From Dickeya dadantii NCPPB 898 (GTDB taxonomy: Bacteria > Pseudomonadota > Gammaproteobacteria > Enterobacterales > Enterobacteriaceae), in contig NZ_CM001976.1 of NCBI RefSeq assembly GCF_000406145.1, positions 2,263,543 through 2,295,542 of the forward strand: a stretch of DNA of 32,000 nt, read 5' to 3'. A program made the position numbers and the translations under genes. Positions 1 through 7,615 of this stretch are shown one piece after another. Within the stretch, counting starts at the first letter, position 1. Each line of letters starts with the position of its first letter. The notes under the pieces were generated by a model. The model was not told where the DNA came from. It was given only the letters and a program-made list of their open reading frames with translations, and ran no database searches.

Positions 1-254
1 TTAATAATTCGGTTGAAGAGTGGGAAAAAAACACGCATCCGGCGCCGAGAAAGCAATATGTCATTACGTTGAAAGGTAAGCTGAAATTCAAAGTTAGTGA
101 CGGTTCTACATTTATCCTGTCGCCGGGAACGGTTCTGCTGGCTGAGGATATCAACGGTGAAGGACATAGCTGGGAACTGATGGAAGGCGATGAGTGGGTC
201 AGGGTCTATATTCCGATGACCGATGATCATGATTATTTTGTTGCCGATAAATAA
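1..254 (+). CDS. cupin-like small protein, C-terminal part (5' end outside the window)
   Basis: Frame 3 is open from the window edge (nt 3) to TAA 252-254, so the TTG at 69 in the ORF track is internal. The tail ...STFILSPGTVLLAEDINGEGHSWELMEGDEWVRVYIP resembles the terminal beta-strands of a single-domain cupin. The family call is by eye only. Confidence 0.5.
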   Translation, partial: NNSVEEWEKNTHPAPRKQYVITLKGKLKFKVSDGSTFILSPGTVLLAEDINGEGHSWELMEGDEWVRVYIPMTDDHDYFVADK

Positions 255-593
255 TCTTCTCTTACCTATTACAGGTAGATAAATATTGCCGCCATCCGTG
301 CCGATACGGATAACAGAGGTGCTCTGAATGATTGTTCGGGCGCTTTTTTATTTCCGGTAAAAGAGCGTGGTTATTCTGCTGTTTGGCTCGACTGTCAAGT
401 TGCTGTCACCCCCTCTTGATATTATTTATTTTACCGAGCTGCGGTGTTGAGTCATGAGCGCCAGAGGTGGCGTAAGACGTCGCGGCAAAGTAAGCGAGGT
501 ATCTTATGCTACGCTTTTATAGGTATAGACCTTCGCGGTTACACATCATTATTGTGGAACACCGCCTAATGCGCGACTGACAGAGAGGACACA

Positions 594-842
594 ATGGGAA
601 TTGTTTCATGGGTTATTTTCGGTCTCATTGCCGGTATTTTGGCAAAGTGGATCATGCCGGGCAGAGATGGCGGTGGTTTTTTCATGACCGTATTACTGGG
701 CGTGGTCGGTGCGGTGGTCGGCGGCTGGATCAGCACGTTCTTTGGTTTTGGCAAAGTCGATGGCTTTAATATCGGCAGCTTTGCAGTGGCGGTAGTCGGC
801 GCCATTGTGGTGTTATGGGTTTATCGTAAAGTGCGTGACTGA
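594..842 (+). CDS. yeaQ: GlsB/YeaQ/YmgE-family (transglycosylase-associated) small stress membrane protein
   Basis: 82-aa ORF with ATG 594 preceded by GAGAGGA. It is a glycine-rich small membrane protein (MGIVSWVIFGLIAGILAKWIMPG...GVVGAVVGGWI...) typical of YeaQ/YmgE. Confidence 0.9.
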   Translation: MGIVSWVIFGLIAGILAKWIMPGRDGGGFFMTVLLGVVGAVVGGWISTFFGFGKVDGFNIGSFAVAVVGAIVVLWVYRKVRD

Positions 843-912
843 GGTGACGCCCGACAGTCTCTTTCCATGACCGCGCTTTTGCCCGCCCTGACCGGGCCAG
901 GCGCTATCCAAT

Positions 913-947
913 AACATCAGGTTGTGCGGTATGCACAACCTGATGTT
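913..947. terminator. hairpin between convergent yeaQ and the ABC permease gene
   Basis: Perfect 15-bp inverted repeat AACATCAGGTTGTGC-ggtat-GCACAACCTGATGTT lies between the two stop codons (840-842 and 952-954). There is no clean U-run on either side. Confidence 0.6.
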
Positions 948-951
948 GCCT

Positions 952-2694
952 TTAGCGTCGTGACCATTGGCTGAGCGAAACAGCCAGTACCGACAGCAGA
1001 ATCAATGCGAAAACCGGCGGCAATACCGTCCAGAAGGCGCGTTCGACATAGGGCATGCCTTCCGCCAGTACGCGTCCCCATTCCAGCGTCGGCGGTTGTT
1101 CGCCTAATCCCAGAAAGCCCAGCGATGCCAGCGCTAGCGCGATGCCGGGCAGGCGTAGCATCGCGTGGCGGGTGACCGGCCCAATCAGCGCCGGAATAAC
1201 ATAGCGTATCAGACAGCTAAAACGGCTCATGCCAAACAGCGGCGTGATGCGAATATAGGGTTGGGCGGTGATTTCGGTCACCAGTGACGCGGTATGCGCC
1301 GCCAGCGGCGCCCAGGCAACCAGCACAACGGCAAGTGCCGCGCCTGATGTTGAGGGGCCGTACAATGCAGCGACCACCATGCCGGCGATCACCGGCGGCA
1401 TGGCGTTGGCCACCTCGGCCGGGCCGCTGAGCAGGTGAGGACACAACCCGAGAAGCAGGCCGAGCAACAGGCAGCAGAGCGTCACCGCCAGCGCGGTGAA
1501 CAGGGTGGATAACGCGCCGTGCGCGACCCTGGCCAGCATGTCGCGGCCCGTGGCGTCGGCGCCGAACGGCAATGACCAATCAGGCGGCTGCAGACGGGCA
1601 AAGTCGGAAGCGAAGGGATCGCGCGACAGGCCGGTAAGTACTATCGCCGCCAGCAACAGCGTGATGAGCAACGGCAAGCGATAATGACGGCGCGTCACCT
1701 GAATGGCGCCGGCGGGCGTAGAGAGGAAGCCGTTTTTCAGCGCATGACCAAGCAGACAGCGGCGCAGCAGCGCCGAACCCATCCCCGCGATCGCCGCGAT
1801 AGCCAGCAGAATCAGCACGCCACATTGCAATGCCGGCAGATCCTGAGCCGCCGCCGCTCCTAACGTTGCCCGTCCCAGACCGGGAATGGCGAACACCTTT
1901 TCTACCGCGACCGCGCCTCCGGTTAGCCCGACCAGCACCAGACTGACCTGCGGCAGAATAGCGGGCAGAGCGCGACGAACGACGCCCAGCAGGCAGTCAC
2001 GGCGGGAAATGCCGGCCATATGCCAGGTCAGCAGCCAGGGCTCGCTGAATGTGGCGGTCAACGCATCGCTGAACAGTTTACCCAGCAGGCCGCCTGCCGG
2101 AATGCCCAGCGCCAGCGCGGGCAGAATCAGGTGTTGCCATGATTGCCAGCCATAAGGCGGCAACAGTTTCAGCCAGACCGCGCCGACGATCAGCAGGAAC
2201 GACGCCAGCAGAAACTCCGGCATGGCGATGAACGCGGTGGCGAGTGCACCGCTGCTGCGCCGGTTATCGCCGCTCAGCCCGCGTTGCAGAGTGGGCCAAC
2301 TCAGTAGCATAGCCAGCAGGAACGCCACCGCCAATGCCGCCAGCATCAGTGTGAGCGACACGCCTGCGGCCTCCAACATACCGGGCAACACCGGTTTGCC
2401 GGATACCCAGGACAGGCCGGCATCGCCGTGCAATAAACCGCTTAACCAGTTCTTCAAGAACGCCCACGGCCCCTGCGCCAGCCCCAGATGCTGACGAATG
2501 GCATCCAGCGCTTCCACTGTTGCCTCCTGCTCGCTGGAACGGGCGCGCAGCAGACTGAGCGCCGGGTCGGCGTCAGACAACCAGGGCAGCAGCCCGATCA
2601 ACACGATCAGGGTCAGGGCGGTCAGCAGGCGTGATGCCATGACCAGCAGCGAGGGTCGCAGTGTTGCAGGCAACTGAAACCGCGAATTGCTCAT
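952..2694 (-). CDS. ABC transporter permease, fused double permease (DppB/NikB-like N-half plus DppC/NikC-like C-half)
   Basis: 580-aa ORF. ATG 2692-2694 overlaps the stop of the upstream binding-protein gene (ATGA junction). Two blocks of multiple hydrophobic spans resemble the two separate permeases of peptide/nickel-type importers joined in one polypeptide. Confidence 0.85.
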   Translation of the reverse strand: MSNSRFQLPATLRPSLLVMASRLLTALTLIVLIGLLPWLSDADPALSLLRARSSEQEATVEALDAIRQHLGLAQGPWAFLKNWLSGLLHGDAGLSWVSGKPVLPGMLEAAGVSLTLMLAALAVAFLLAMLLSWPTLQRGLSGDNRRSSGALATAFIAMPEFLLASFLLIVGAVWLKLLPPYGWQSWQHLILPALALGIPAGGLLGKLFSDALTATFSEPWLLTWHMAGISRRDCLLGVVRRALPAILPQVSLVLVGLTGGAVAVEKVFAIPGLGRATLGAAAAQDLPALQCGVLILLAIAAIAGMGSALLRRCLLGHALKNGFLSTPAGAIQVTRRHYRLPLLITLLLAAIVLTGLSRDPFASDFARLQPPDWSLPFGADATGRDMLARVAHGALSTLFTALAVTLCCLLLGLLLGLCPHLLSGPAEVANAMPPVIAGMVVAALYGPSTSGAALAVVLVAWAPLAAHTASLVTEITAQPYIRITPLFGMSRFSCLIRYVIPALIGPVTRHAMLRLPGIALALASLGFLGLGEQPPTLEWGRVLAEGMPYVERAFWTVLPPVFALILLSVLAVSLSQWSRR

Positions 2695-4211
2695 GGCTTG
2701 GCCGGCGCTCCATCGATGTGGGTCTGTACGTCGATCAGGGTGCGTTCACGCGGGTCCCGGATAGCCTGCCGCAAGCGGGCGGATTCACCCTGAATCACCC
2801 GTTCGTGCAGCAGCGGAATGGCAGCGTTAGTCGCCAGAATCAGATGTTCGGCGGCCATGATCGCCTGGCGTCGCGCCTCTCCGGCAGGGGTGGCGGCAGC
2901 CTGTTTCAGCGCGTCGTCCACTTCTGGATCACACAGTTGCGAAATATTGAATGAGCCTTTGCAGGAAAAATCGCTATACAGGTAAGCCACCGGATCGCCG
3001 GAATCCAGCACGGTGGCGCGAGATAAAATAAAGGCATCGAAGTGGCCGGCCAGCGCATCCGCCTCTATCTGCGAATATTCGCGGACCTCCTGCTTAACCG
3101 TGAAGCCGGCGGCGGTTAACTGTTGGGCCAGATAAACCGCCACTTCCGGTAGTTCTGCCCGGTCGCTGAAGGTTGCCAGCGTGATCGTCGCGCCATTCGG
3201 GGAACGGGCTGCGGTGGGCGCCGCCACCGGCTGACGCAGTGCGGCGGCCCATTGTACCGCCGGGCCAAGCAGCCCGACCGCCACGTCGGCCCGGTTTTCA
3301 TACACGTTTTTGACCAGAATGTCGCGGCGGATGGCATCACGCGCCGCGGCCCGCAGGCCCGGATCGCTGAAAACGCCGCGCCGGGTGTTGAGGTACAGCG
3401 TGTTGGTACGCGGCATCGGCACCTCATGCACCAGCGCTGGGTCCAGCAGCGGCGCTTGCGAAACCGGTATCGCTTCCACCAAATCGGCCGTGCCGGTGCG
3501 TAATGCGGCGGTACGGGCGGCGCTGTCCGGGACGAAATCGACATCAATACCCGGCGCCGTGGCTTTGCTGCCCCAGTAACCGTCAAAACGTTCCAACCGG
3601 GCGCTGCTGGTGCCGTTAACCTGCGTCAGAACGAACGGACCGGTACCGGTTTTGACCGGGCTGACCACGCCGTTGGCGCCGTAGGCGGCGGGTGAGAGTA
3701 GGGTTAACTGAGGGCTGGACAAACGCTGTGGCAACAACGGGTCGCGGGTGGCGGTTTTAATTTGCACGGTGCGCGCGTCTTCCGCCGTTATACTCAGCGT
3801 CACGCCGTCAAGGATACGTGGTTTCGGCGTGGCGCGGGTGGCGGCGGTCAGGGCGTTGACCACGGCGCTGGCGTTGAAGTCGCTGCCGTCGTGAAATTTG
3901 ACGCCGTCGCGCAGGGTAAAGCGCCAGGTTAGCTCGTCGAGCTGTTGCCAGTGGGTTGCCAGTGCGGGTTGCGCATCGCCGTTGGCATCAAGCACTACCA
4001 GCGTTTCGCCGGCGCGCCAGCGCGACAGCTTGAACGCATCATCGCTGAATGGCGACAGCGCTGAACGCGGCGGCAGCAGCATCGCCAGACGAATACGCGA
4101 CGAGTCCGCACCGGTGGCGGTGGGCTCCGGTTTGTCAAAACAAGCGGTGAGCAACAGGGTGGATGCCAGCGTGGCAGCCACCTTCAGAGAAGGGGAGCGA
4201 AACATACGCAT
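2691..4211 (-). CDS. ABC transporter substrate-binding lipoprotein, family 5 (peptide/nickel, DppA/NikA-like)
   Basis: 506-aa ORF. The N-terminus MRMFRSPSLKVAATLASTLLLTAC carries a lipobox. The body (WRFTLRDGVKFHDGS, GTGPF, RFDGYWG) is typical of family-5 solute-binding proteins. AAGGA abuts ATG 4209-4211, so the second ATG (4203-4205) may be the real start. Confidence 0.85.
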   Translation of the reverse strand: MRMFRSPSLKVAATLASTLLLTACFDKPEPTATGADSSRIRLAMLLPPRSALSPFSDDAFKLSRWRAGETLVVLDANGDAQPALATHWQQLDELTWRFTLRDGVKFHDGSDFNASAVVNALTAATRATPKPRILDGVTLSITAEDARTVQIKTATRDPLLPQRLSSPQLTLLSPAAYGANGVVSPVKTGTGPFVLTQVNGTSSARLERFDGYWGSKATAPGIDVDFVPDSAARTAALRTGTADLVEAIPVSQAPLLDPALVHEVPMPRTNTLYLNTRRGVFSDPGLRAAARDAIRRDILVKNVYENRADVAVGLLGPAVQWAAALRQPVAAPTAARSPNGATITLATFSDRAELPEVAVYLAQQLTAAGFTVKQEVREYSQIEADALAGHFDAFILSRATVLDSGDPVAYLYSDFSCKGSFNISQLCDPEVDDALKQAAATPAGEARRQAIMAAEHLILATNAAIPLLHERVIQGESARLRQAIRDPRERTLIDVQTHIDGAPAKP

Positions 4212-4231
4212 TCCTTATGGTATTGAAAAGA

Positions 4232-5047
4232 TCAATCAAAAGCCGGCAACGTCGGTACGGCCGCCAGCAATGCCTGAGTATGAAAATGGAATGGCTCAGC
4301 GAGCAGTTCGGGCAGCGGACGGTCTTCCACCAGACTGCCGTTGTACATCACCAATACCCGCTGGCAGAGTGCCGCCACGACCGACAGGTCATGGGAAACC
4401 AGCAATAATCCCATGCCGTGACGGCGCGACAGCGTATCGAGCAGCGTGGTGATTTGCTGGCGCAGCGGCAGGTCGAGCCCACTCACCGGTTCGTCCGCCA
4501 GCAGAAACGCCGGGCGTAGCGCAATGGCTCTGGCAATAGCGACACGCTGGGCCTGACCGCCGGATAGCGACTCGGCCCGCTGATGCAGCAGGGTTAACGG
4601 CAGGTCGACTTGCTCCAGCACGTCACAGACCGTCTGTTTCAGGTTTTCCGTCATCCCCAGTTGCCGCAGTGGTTCGGCGATCAGCGCGCATACCGAGGCG
4701 TGCGGCGCCAGCGATCCCGCTGGATCCTGCGGGATGTACTGCACCAGCCGTCGATACCAGCGCAACCGGGATACGCGATCCGGGCGTACCTCGCGCCCCT
4801 GATAATGCACCGTGCCCTGATCCGGCGACTCCAGCGCCAGTAGAATTTTCAGCAGAGTGGATTTGCCGCAGCCGGATGCGCCCACCAGCGCCACGCGTTC
4901 TCCCGCATGAAGGTCGAGACTGACGTGTTGTAGAGACGGGGTAGCCGTTGCCCGACGCGTAAACACACCCGCCGTTCGATAATGGTGGCTGACCTGATTG
5001 AGCTGTAAAAAAGGGGCTTCACTCAGCATGCTAGAGGTGTGGCGCAT
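4232..5047 (-). CDS. ABC transporter ATP-binding protein (DppF/NikE-like)
   Basis: Walker A GASGCGKS, signature LSGGQAQR, Walker B FLLADEP. The ORF-track start (5146) would overlap the upstream ATPase by 95 nt. ATG 5045-5047 lies 4 nt after that gene's TAA (5052-5054) and is the more plausible start. Confidence 0.85.
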   Translation of the reverse strand: MRHTSSMLSEAPFLQLNQVSHHYRTAGVFTRRATATPSLQHVSLDLHAGERVALVGASGCGKSTLLKILLALESPDQGTVHYQGREVRPDRVSRLRWYRRLVQYIPQDPAGSLAPHASVCALIAEPLRQLGMTENLKQTVCDVLEQVDLPLTLLHQRAESLSGGQAQRVAIARAIALRPAFLLADEPVSGLDLPLRQQITTLLDTLSRRHGMGLLLVSHDLSVVAALCQRVLVMYNGSLVEDRPLPELLAEPFHFHTQALLAAVPTLPAFD

Positions 5048-5051
5048 AACA

Positions 5052-5855
5052 TTAACTGGCCTGTGCGCATGGTGCGAACGGCGTGCGGCTCTGGCGGGAA
5101 AAGGCAGCGCCGGCGGATGCCTGACGCGCCGCCGATACCAGCGCACGGGTATAAGAATGGCGAGGATGCGTCAGCAACCGGCGCATTTCGCCTTGCTCGA
5201 CCAACCGGCCGTTTTCCATTACCAGCGCGCGCTGGCAGATCATGGCCGCCACCGTGATGTCGTGGGTGATGAACAGCAGGCTGGTGTGCGGAGATTGGTG
5301 CAGCCTGGCCAACAGGGTGTGCAGTACCTGCGCCTGAGTGACCACGTCCAGCGCCGTAGTGGGTTCATCGGCGATCAATAGTGGACGTTCACACAGTAAT
5401 GCCAGCGCAATACACAGGCGCTGACGCTGACCGCCGGATAGCTCGCCGGGGTAGCGCGCGAGCACGGCGTGCGGATCGGCAAAGCCGACCGATCGCAGTA
5501 AATCCGGCAGCGATCGATGCGTCGACTGGCGTTTTAGCGCCATGCGCAGTTGCGCTTCAATAGTAAATAACGGGTTTAGCGATGTGGCCGAATCCTGAAA
5601 AATGGCCGCCGGGCGTTCATCTGGCGGACGCCGCGACAACGGCAATCCCGCCACGTCGTGGCCCTGAAGACGAATGCTGCCGCTGAGTTGACTACCGATA
5701 GGCAACGCGCCCAGCAGGCAACGCGCCGTCAGGGATTTGCCGGAACCGGAGCCGCCCAGCAGGCAAACGCGCTCACCGGGCGCGAGGGAGAAACTGACGT
5801 CATGAATCTTGCGGCTCCCATTGATAGAAAGTGTTAACTGCCTGACATCCAGCAC
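5052..5855 (-). CDS. ABC transporter ATP-binding protein (DppD/NikD-like), first gene of the operon
   Basis: GTG 5853-5855 is preceded by GGAG 6 nt upstream. Walker A GGSGSGKS, signature LSGGQRQR, Walker B LLIADEPT. Confidence 0.85.
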   Translation of the reverse strand: MLDVRQLTLSINGSRKIHDVSFSLAPGERVCLLGGSGSGKSLTARCLLGALPIGSQLSGSIRLQGHDVAGLPLSRRPPDERPAAIFQDSATSLNPLFTIEAQLRMALKRQSTHRSLPDLLRSVGFADPHAVLARYPGELSGGQRQRLCIALALLCERPLLIADEPTTALDVVTQAQVLHTLLARLHQSPHTSLLFITHDITVAAMICQRALVMENGRLVEQGEMRRLLTHPRHSYTRALVSAARQASAGAAFSRQSRTPFAPCAQAS

Positions 5856-5893
5856 ACGGCGCTCCGAAAATGTGAAAATTTATTGCAGTGATG

Positions 5894-5916
5894 TTTATGT
5901 TATAACATAACATTTC
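5894..5916 (-). promoter_or_regulatory. Zur-type operator (putative zinc-responsive repressor site) in the ABC operon promoter region
   Basis: On the gene strand it reads GAAATGTTATGTTATAACATAAA, which matches 19 of 23 positions of the gamma-proteobacterial Zur consensus GAAATGTTATAWTATAACATTTC as I recall it. It includes a perfect 16-bp palindrome TTATGTTATAACATAA (5895-5910). The box ends 39 nt upstream of the GTG start. Confidence 0.6.
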
Positions 5917-6208
5917 AAATAAAAACCCTTATTAAAGAGGGGAAAGGTGTGGGAAGCGGTATTCCTGATGCCATCCACGGCTGGCGCAGCGGGGCGTAAG
6001 AGGCGGTCAGGCAGCGGCGATGCGCGGATAGATGCGCGGATATAAAGTGGCGATCTTCTTGTTGCATGCGCGCGGATACCTGACGCAGAACACGGTTGGT
6101 ATCCTGACGGAAAGCGTCATCGTCGTCAGTGAGGCTGGCTGCGGTGTTTCCGTGCCGGATAGCGCCCCGGTCTTCGGCGGAAAGGCGCGGTTTAACGGTG
6201 GAACTCAT
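5915..6208 (-). CDS. hypothetical 97-aa protein (weakly supported)
   Basis: ATG 6206-6208 opens MSSTVKPRLSAEDRGAIRHGNTAASLTDDDDAFRQDTNRVLRQVSARMQQEDRHF.... The first two thirds use GC-ending codons like the neighbouring genes. I recognise no Shine-Dalgarno sequence and no family, and the 3' end runs into the Zur-type box. Confidence 0.2.
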   Translation of the reverse strand: MSSTVKPRLSAEDRGAIRHGNTAASLTDDDDAFRQDTNRVLRQVSARMQQEDRHFISAHLSAHRRCLTASYAPLRQPWMASGIPLPTPFPSLIRVFI

Positions 6209-6265
6209 GGCGACATAGCCGCCGGTAATACAGACACCGGTAAACAGGGAAGACACCACACAGAA

Positions 6266-6297
6266 GGGAAAACAGCCAGCGCGTGAACAGCTGGCTG
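6266..6297 (-). terminator. rho-independent terminator of yeaH
   Basis: On the minus strand, 8 nt after the TAA (6305-6307): CAGCCAGC-tgttcacgc-GCTGGCTG followed by TTTT. Confidence 0.7.
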
Positions 6298-6304
6298 CGG
6301 CAGG

Positions 6305-7579
6305 TTAGTTGTCGACGGTTTGTTTGTGGAAGATTTCTCGGAAGACAGGGTAGATATCGTCCTGATCGCGAATATGTTGCATGGCGAAATTGTCAAAGCT
6401 GTTCTGCAACATCTCATATTCCCGCCACAGCGTCTGGTGTGAGCGACGGGTAATTTCGATGTAGCTGTAGTAACGCACCGCCGGCAGCAGGTGAGTGGCG
6501 AGCAATTCACGGCAAAGCGGCGAGTCGTCCGCCCAGTTGTCGCCATCGGAAGCCTGCGCGGCGTAAATGTTCCATTGCGCAGGATCGTAGCGTTCTTTGA
6601 CCACGTCCTCCATCAGTTTCAGGGCGCTGGAGACAATCGTGCCGCCGGTTTCCTGAGAGTAGAAGAACTCCTGCTCATCCACTTCCTTAGCCTGCGTATG
6701 GTGGCGGATATACACCACTTCTACGTTTTTGTAGGTACGGCTCAGGAACAGATACAGCAGGATGTAGAAACGTTTGGCGATGTCCTTGGTGGCCTGATCC
6801 ATCGAACCGGACACGTCCATCAAGCAGAACATCACCGCCTGGCTTGACGGTTCCGGCCGGCGCTCGTAGTTCTTGTAACGCAGATCGAAGGTATCGATAA
6901 ACGGTACGCTGGCGATGCGCTGGCGCAGCTCGGCGATTTCCTGCCGCAGTCGCTCCTCCTCCAGCAACTGTACCGGCTCGGTGTTTTCCAGTAACGCCAG
7001 ATCTTCTTCCCGCTGGTGAAGTTCGCGCCGTTTACCGGCGGTCATCGCCATGCGGCGCGCCAGCGAGTTCTGCAGCGAACGCACCACGCTGATGTTGGCG
7101 GGGACGCCATTGGCGGTGTACCCCGCACGGTGGGTTTTGTATTCGTTGAGTTGCCGGTGTTCGGTTTTTTTCAGGTTGGGCAGCGCCAGATCCTCGAACA
7201 GCAGGTCAAGATACTCGTCTTTGGATATCTGGAACACGAATTCATCCTGACCTTCGCCATCCTGGCTGGCGTCGCCCTGGCCGGATCCGCCGCCTCCGCC
7301 ACCCTGCGGCCGCTCGATCTTGTCGTTCTGCACAAAGTGGTCGTTACCGGGGTGTACCCGGTGACGAATCCCTCCGCGGCCCTGATGGAACATCGGTTCA
7401 CTGATATCTGAATTGGAGATCGAGATAGACTCTCCGTTTTCCACGTCGGTAACCGAACGCTTGTTGATGGCCCCGGCAATCGACTGTTTTATTTGCGACT
7501 TGTAGCGGCGCAAAAAACGCTGGCGGTTAACCGCGCTTTTGTTTTTGCCGTTCAAACGCCGATCAATGAAATAGGCCAT
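6305..7579 (-). CDS. yeaH: YeaH (DUF444, vWA-like) protein, partner of the YeaG/PrkA kinase
   Basis: The N-terminus [32 protein letters not shown] aligns with E. coli YeaH ([15 protein letters not shown]...). ATG 7577-7579 follows GGGGGA. The longer ORF-track start (7597) adds 6 unaligned residues. Confidence 0.93.
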   Translation of the reverse strand: MAYFIDRRLNGKNKSAVNRQRFLRRYKSQIKQSIAGAINKRSVTDVENGESISISNSDISEPMFHQGRGGIRHRVHPGNDHFVQNDKIERPQGGGGGGSGQGDASQDGEGQDEFVFQISKDEYLDLLFEDLALPNLKKTEHRQLNEYKTHRAGYTANGVPANISVVRSLQNSLARRMAMTAGKRRELHQREEDLALLENTEPVQLLEEERLRQEIAELRQRIASVPFIDTFDLRYKNYERRPEPSSQAVMFCLMDVSGSMDQATKDIAKRFYILLYLFLSRTYKNVEVVYIRHHTQAKEVDEQEFFYSQETGGTIVSSALKLMEDVVKERYDPAQWNIYAAQASDGDNWADDSPLCRELLATHLLPAVRYYSYIEITRRSHQTLWREYEMLQNSFDNFAMQHIRDQDDIYPVFREIFHKQTVDN

Positions 7580-7615
7580 GTTTCCCCCAAACGACATGCC
7601 TGTCGATGTACGGCA

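Noticed and set aside
255-593. Possible terminator or structured leader upstream of yeaQ (small hairpins TACCTattacAGGTA and ATCCGTgccgatACGGAT, and the T-run at 341-346)
   Set aside because: The stems are short, and the T-run is not preceded by a convincing GC-rich hairpin. I could not assign a promoter, terminator or known RNA motif with any confidence.
1217-4452. Many 60-184-aa ORFs on both strands inside the ABC permease and binding-protein genes
   Set aside because: They are a consequence of high GC content, which makes stop codons rare. All overlap well-supported transporter genes and are Arg/Ala/Pro-rich nonsense.
4232-5146. Long N-terminal extensions in the ORF track (this ATPase, mipA 9871, yeaD 12717, hns 29865, ydjA 19013, msrB 14218 and others)
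   Set aside because: In each case alignment with the E. coli orthologue's N-terminus, a better-placed Shine-Dalgarno sequence, or overlap with the upstream gene favours a downstream start. The extensions are promoter or intergenic sequence.
5880-5930. Alternative readings of the ABC-promoter palindrome as a Fur box or a NikR operator
   Set aside because: A Fur box (GATAATGATAATCATTATC, built from NATWAT hexamers) and a NikR operator (GTATGA-N16-TCATAC) both fit poorly. The TGTTAT/ATAACA half-sites and the GAAATG flank are characteristic of Zur boxes.
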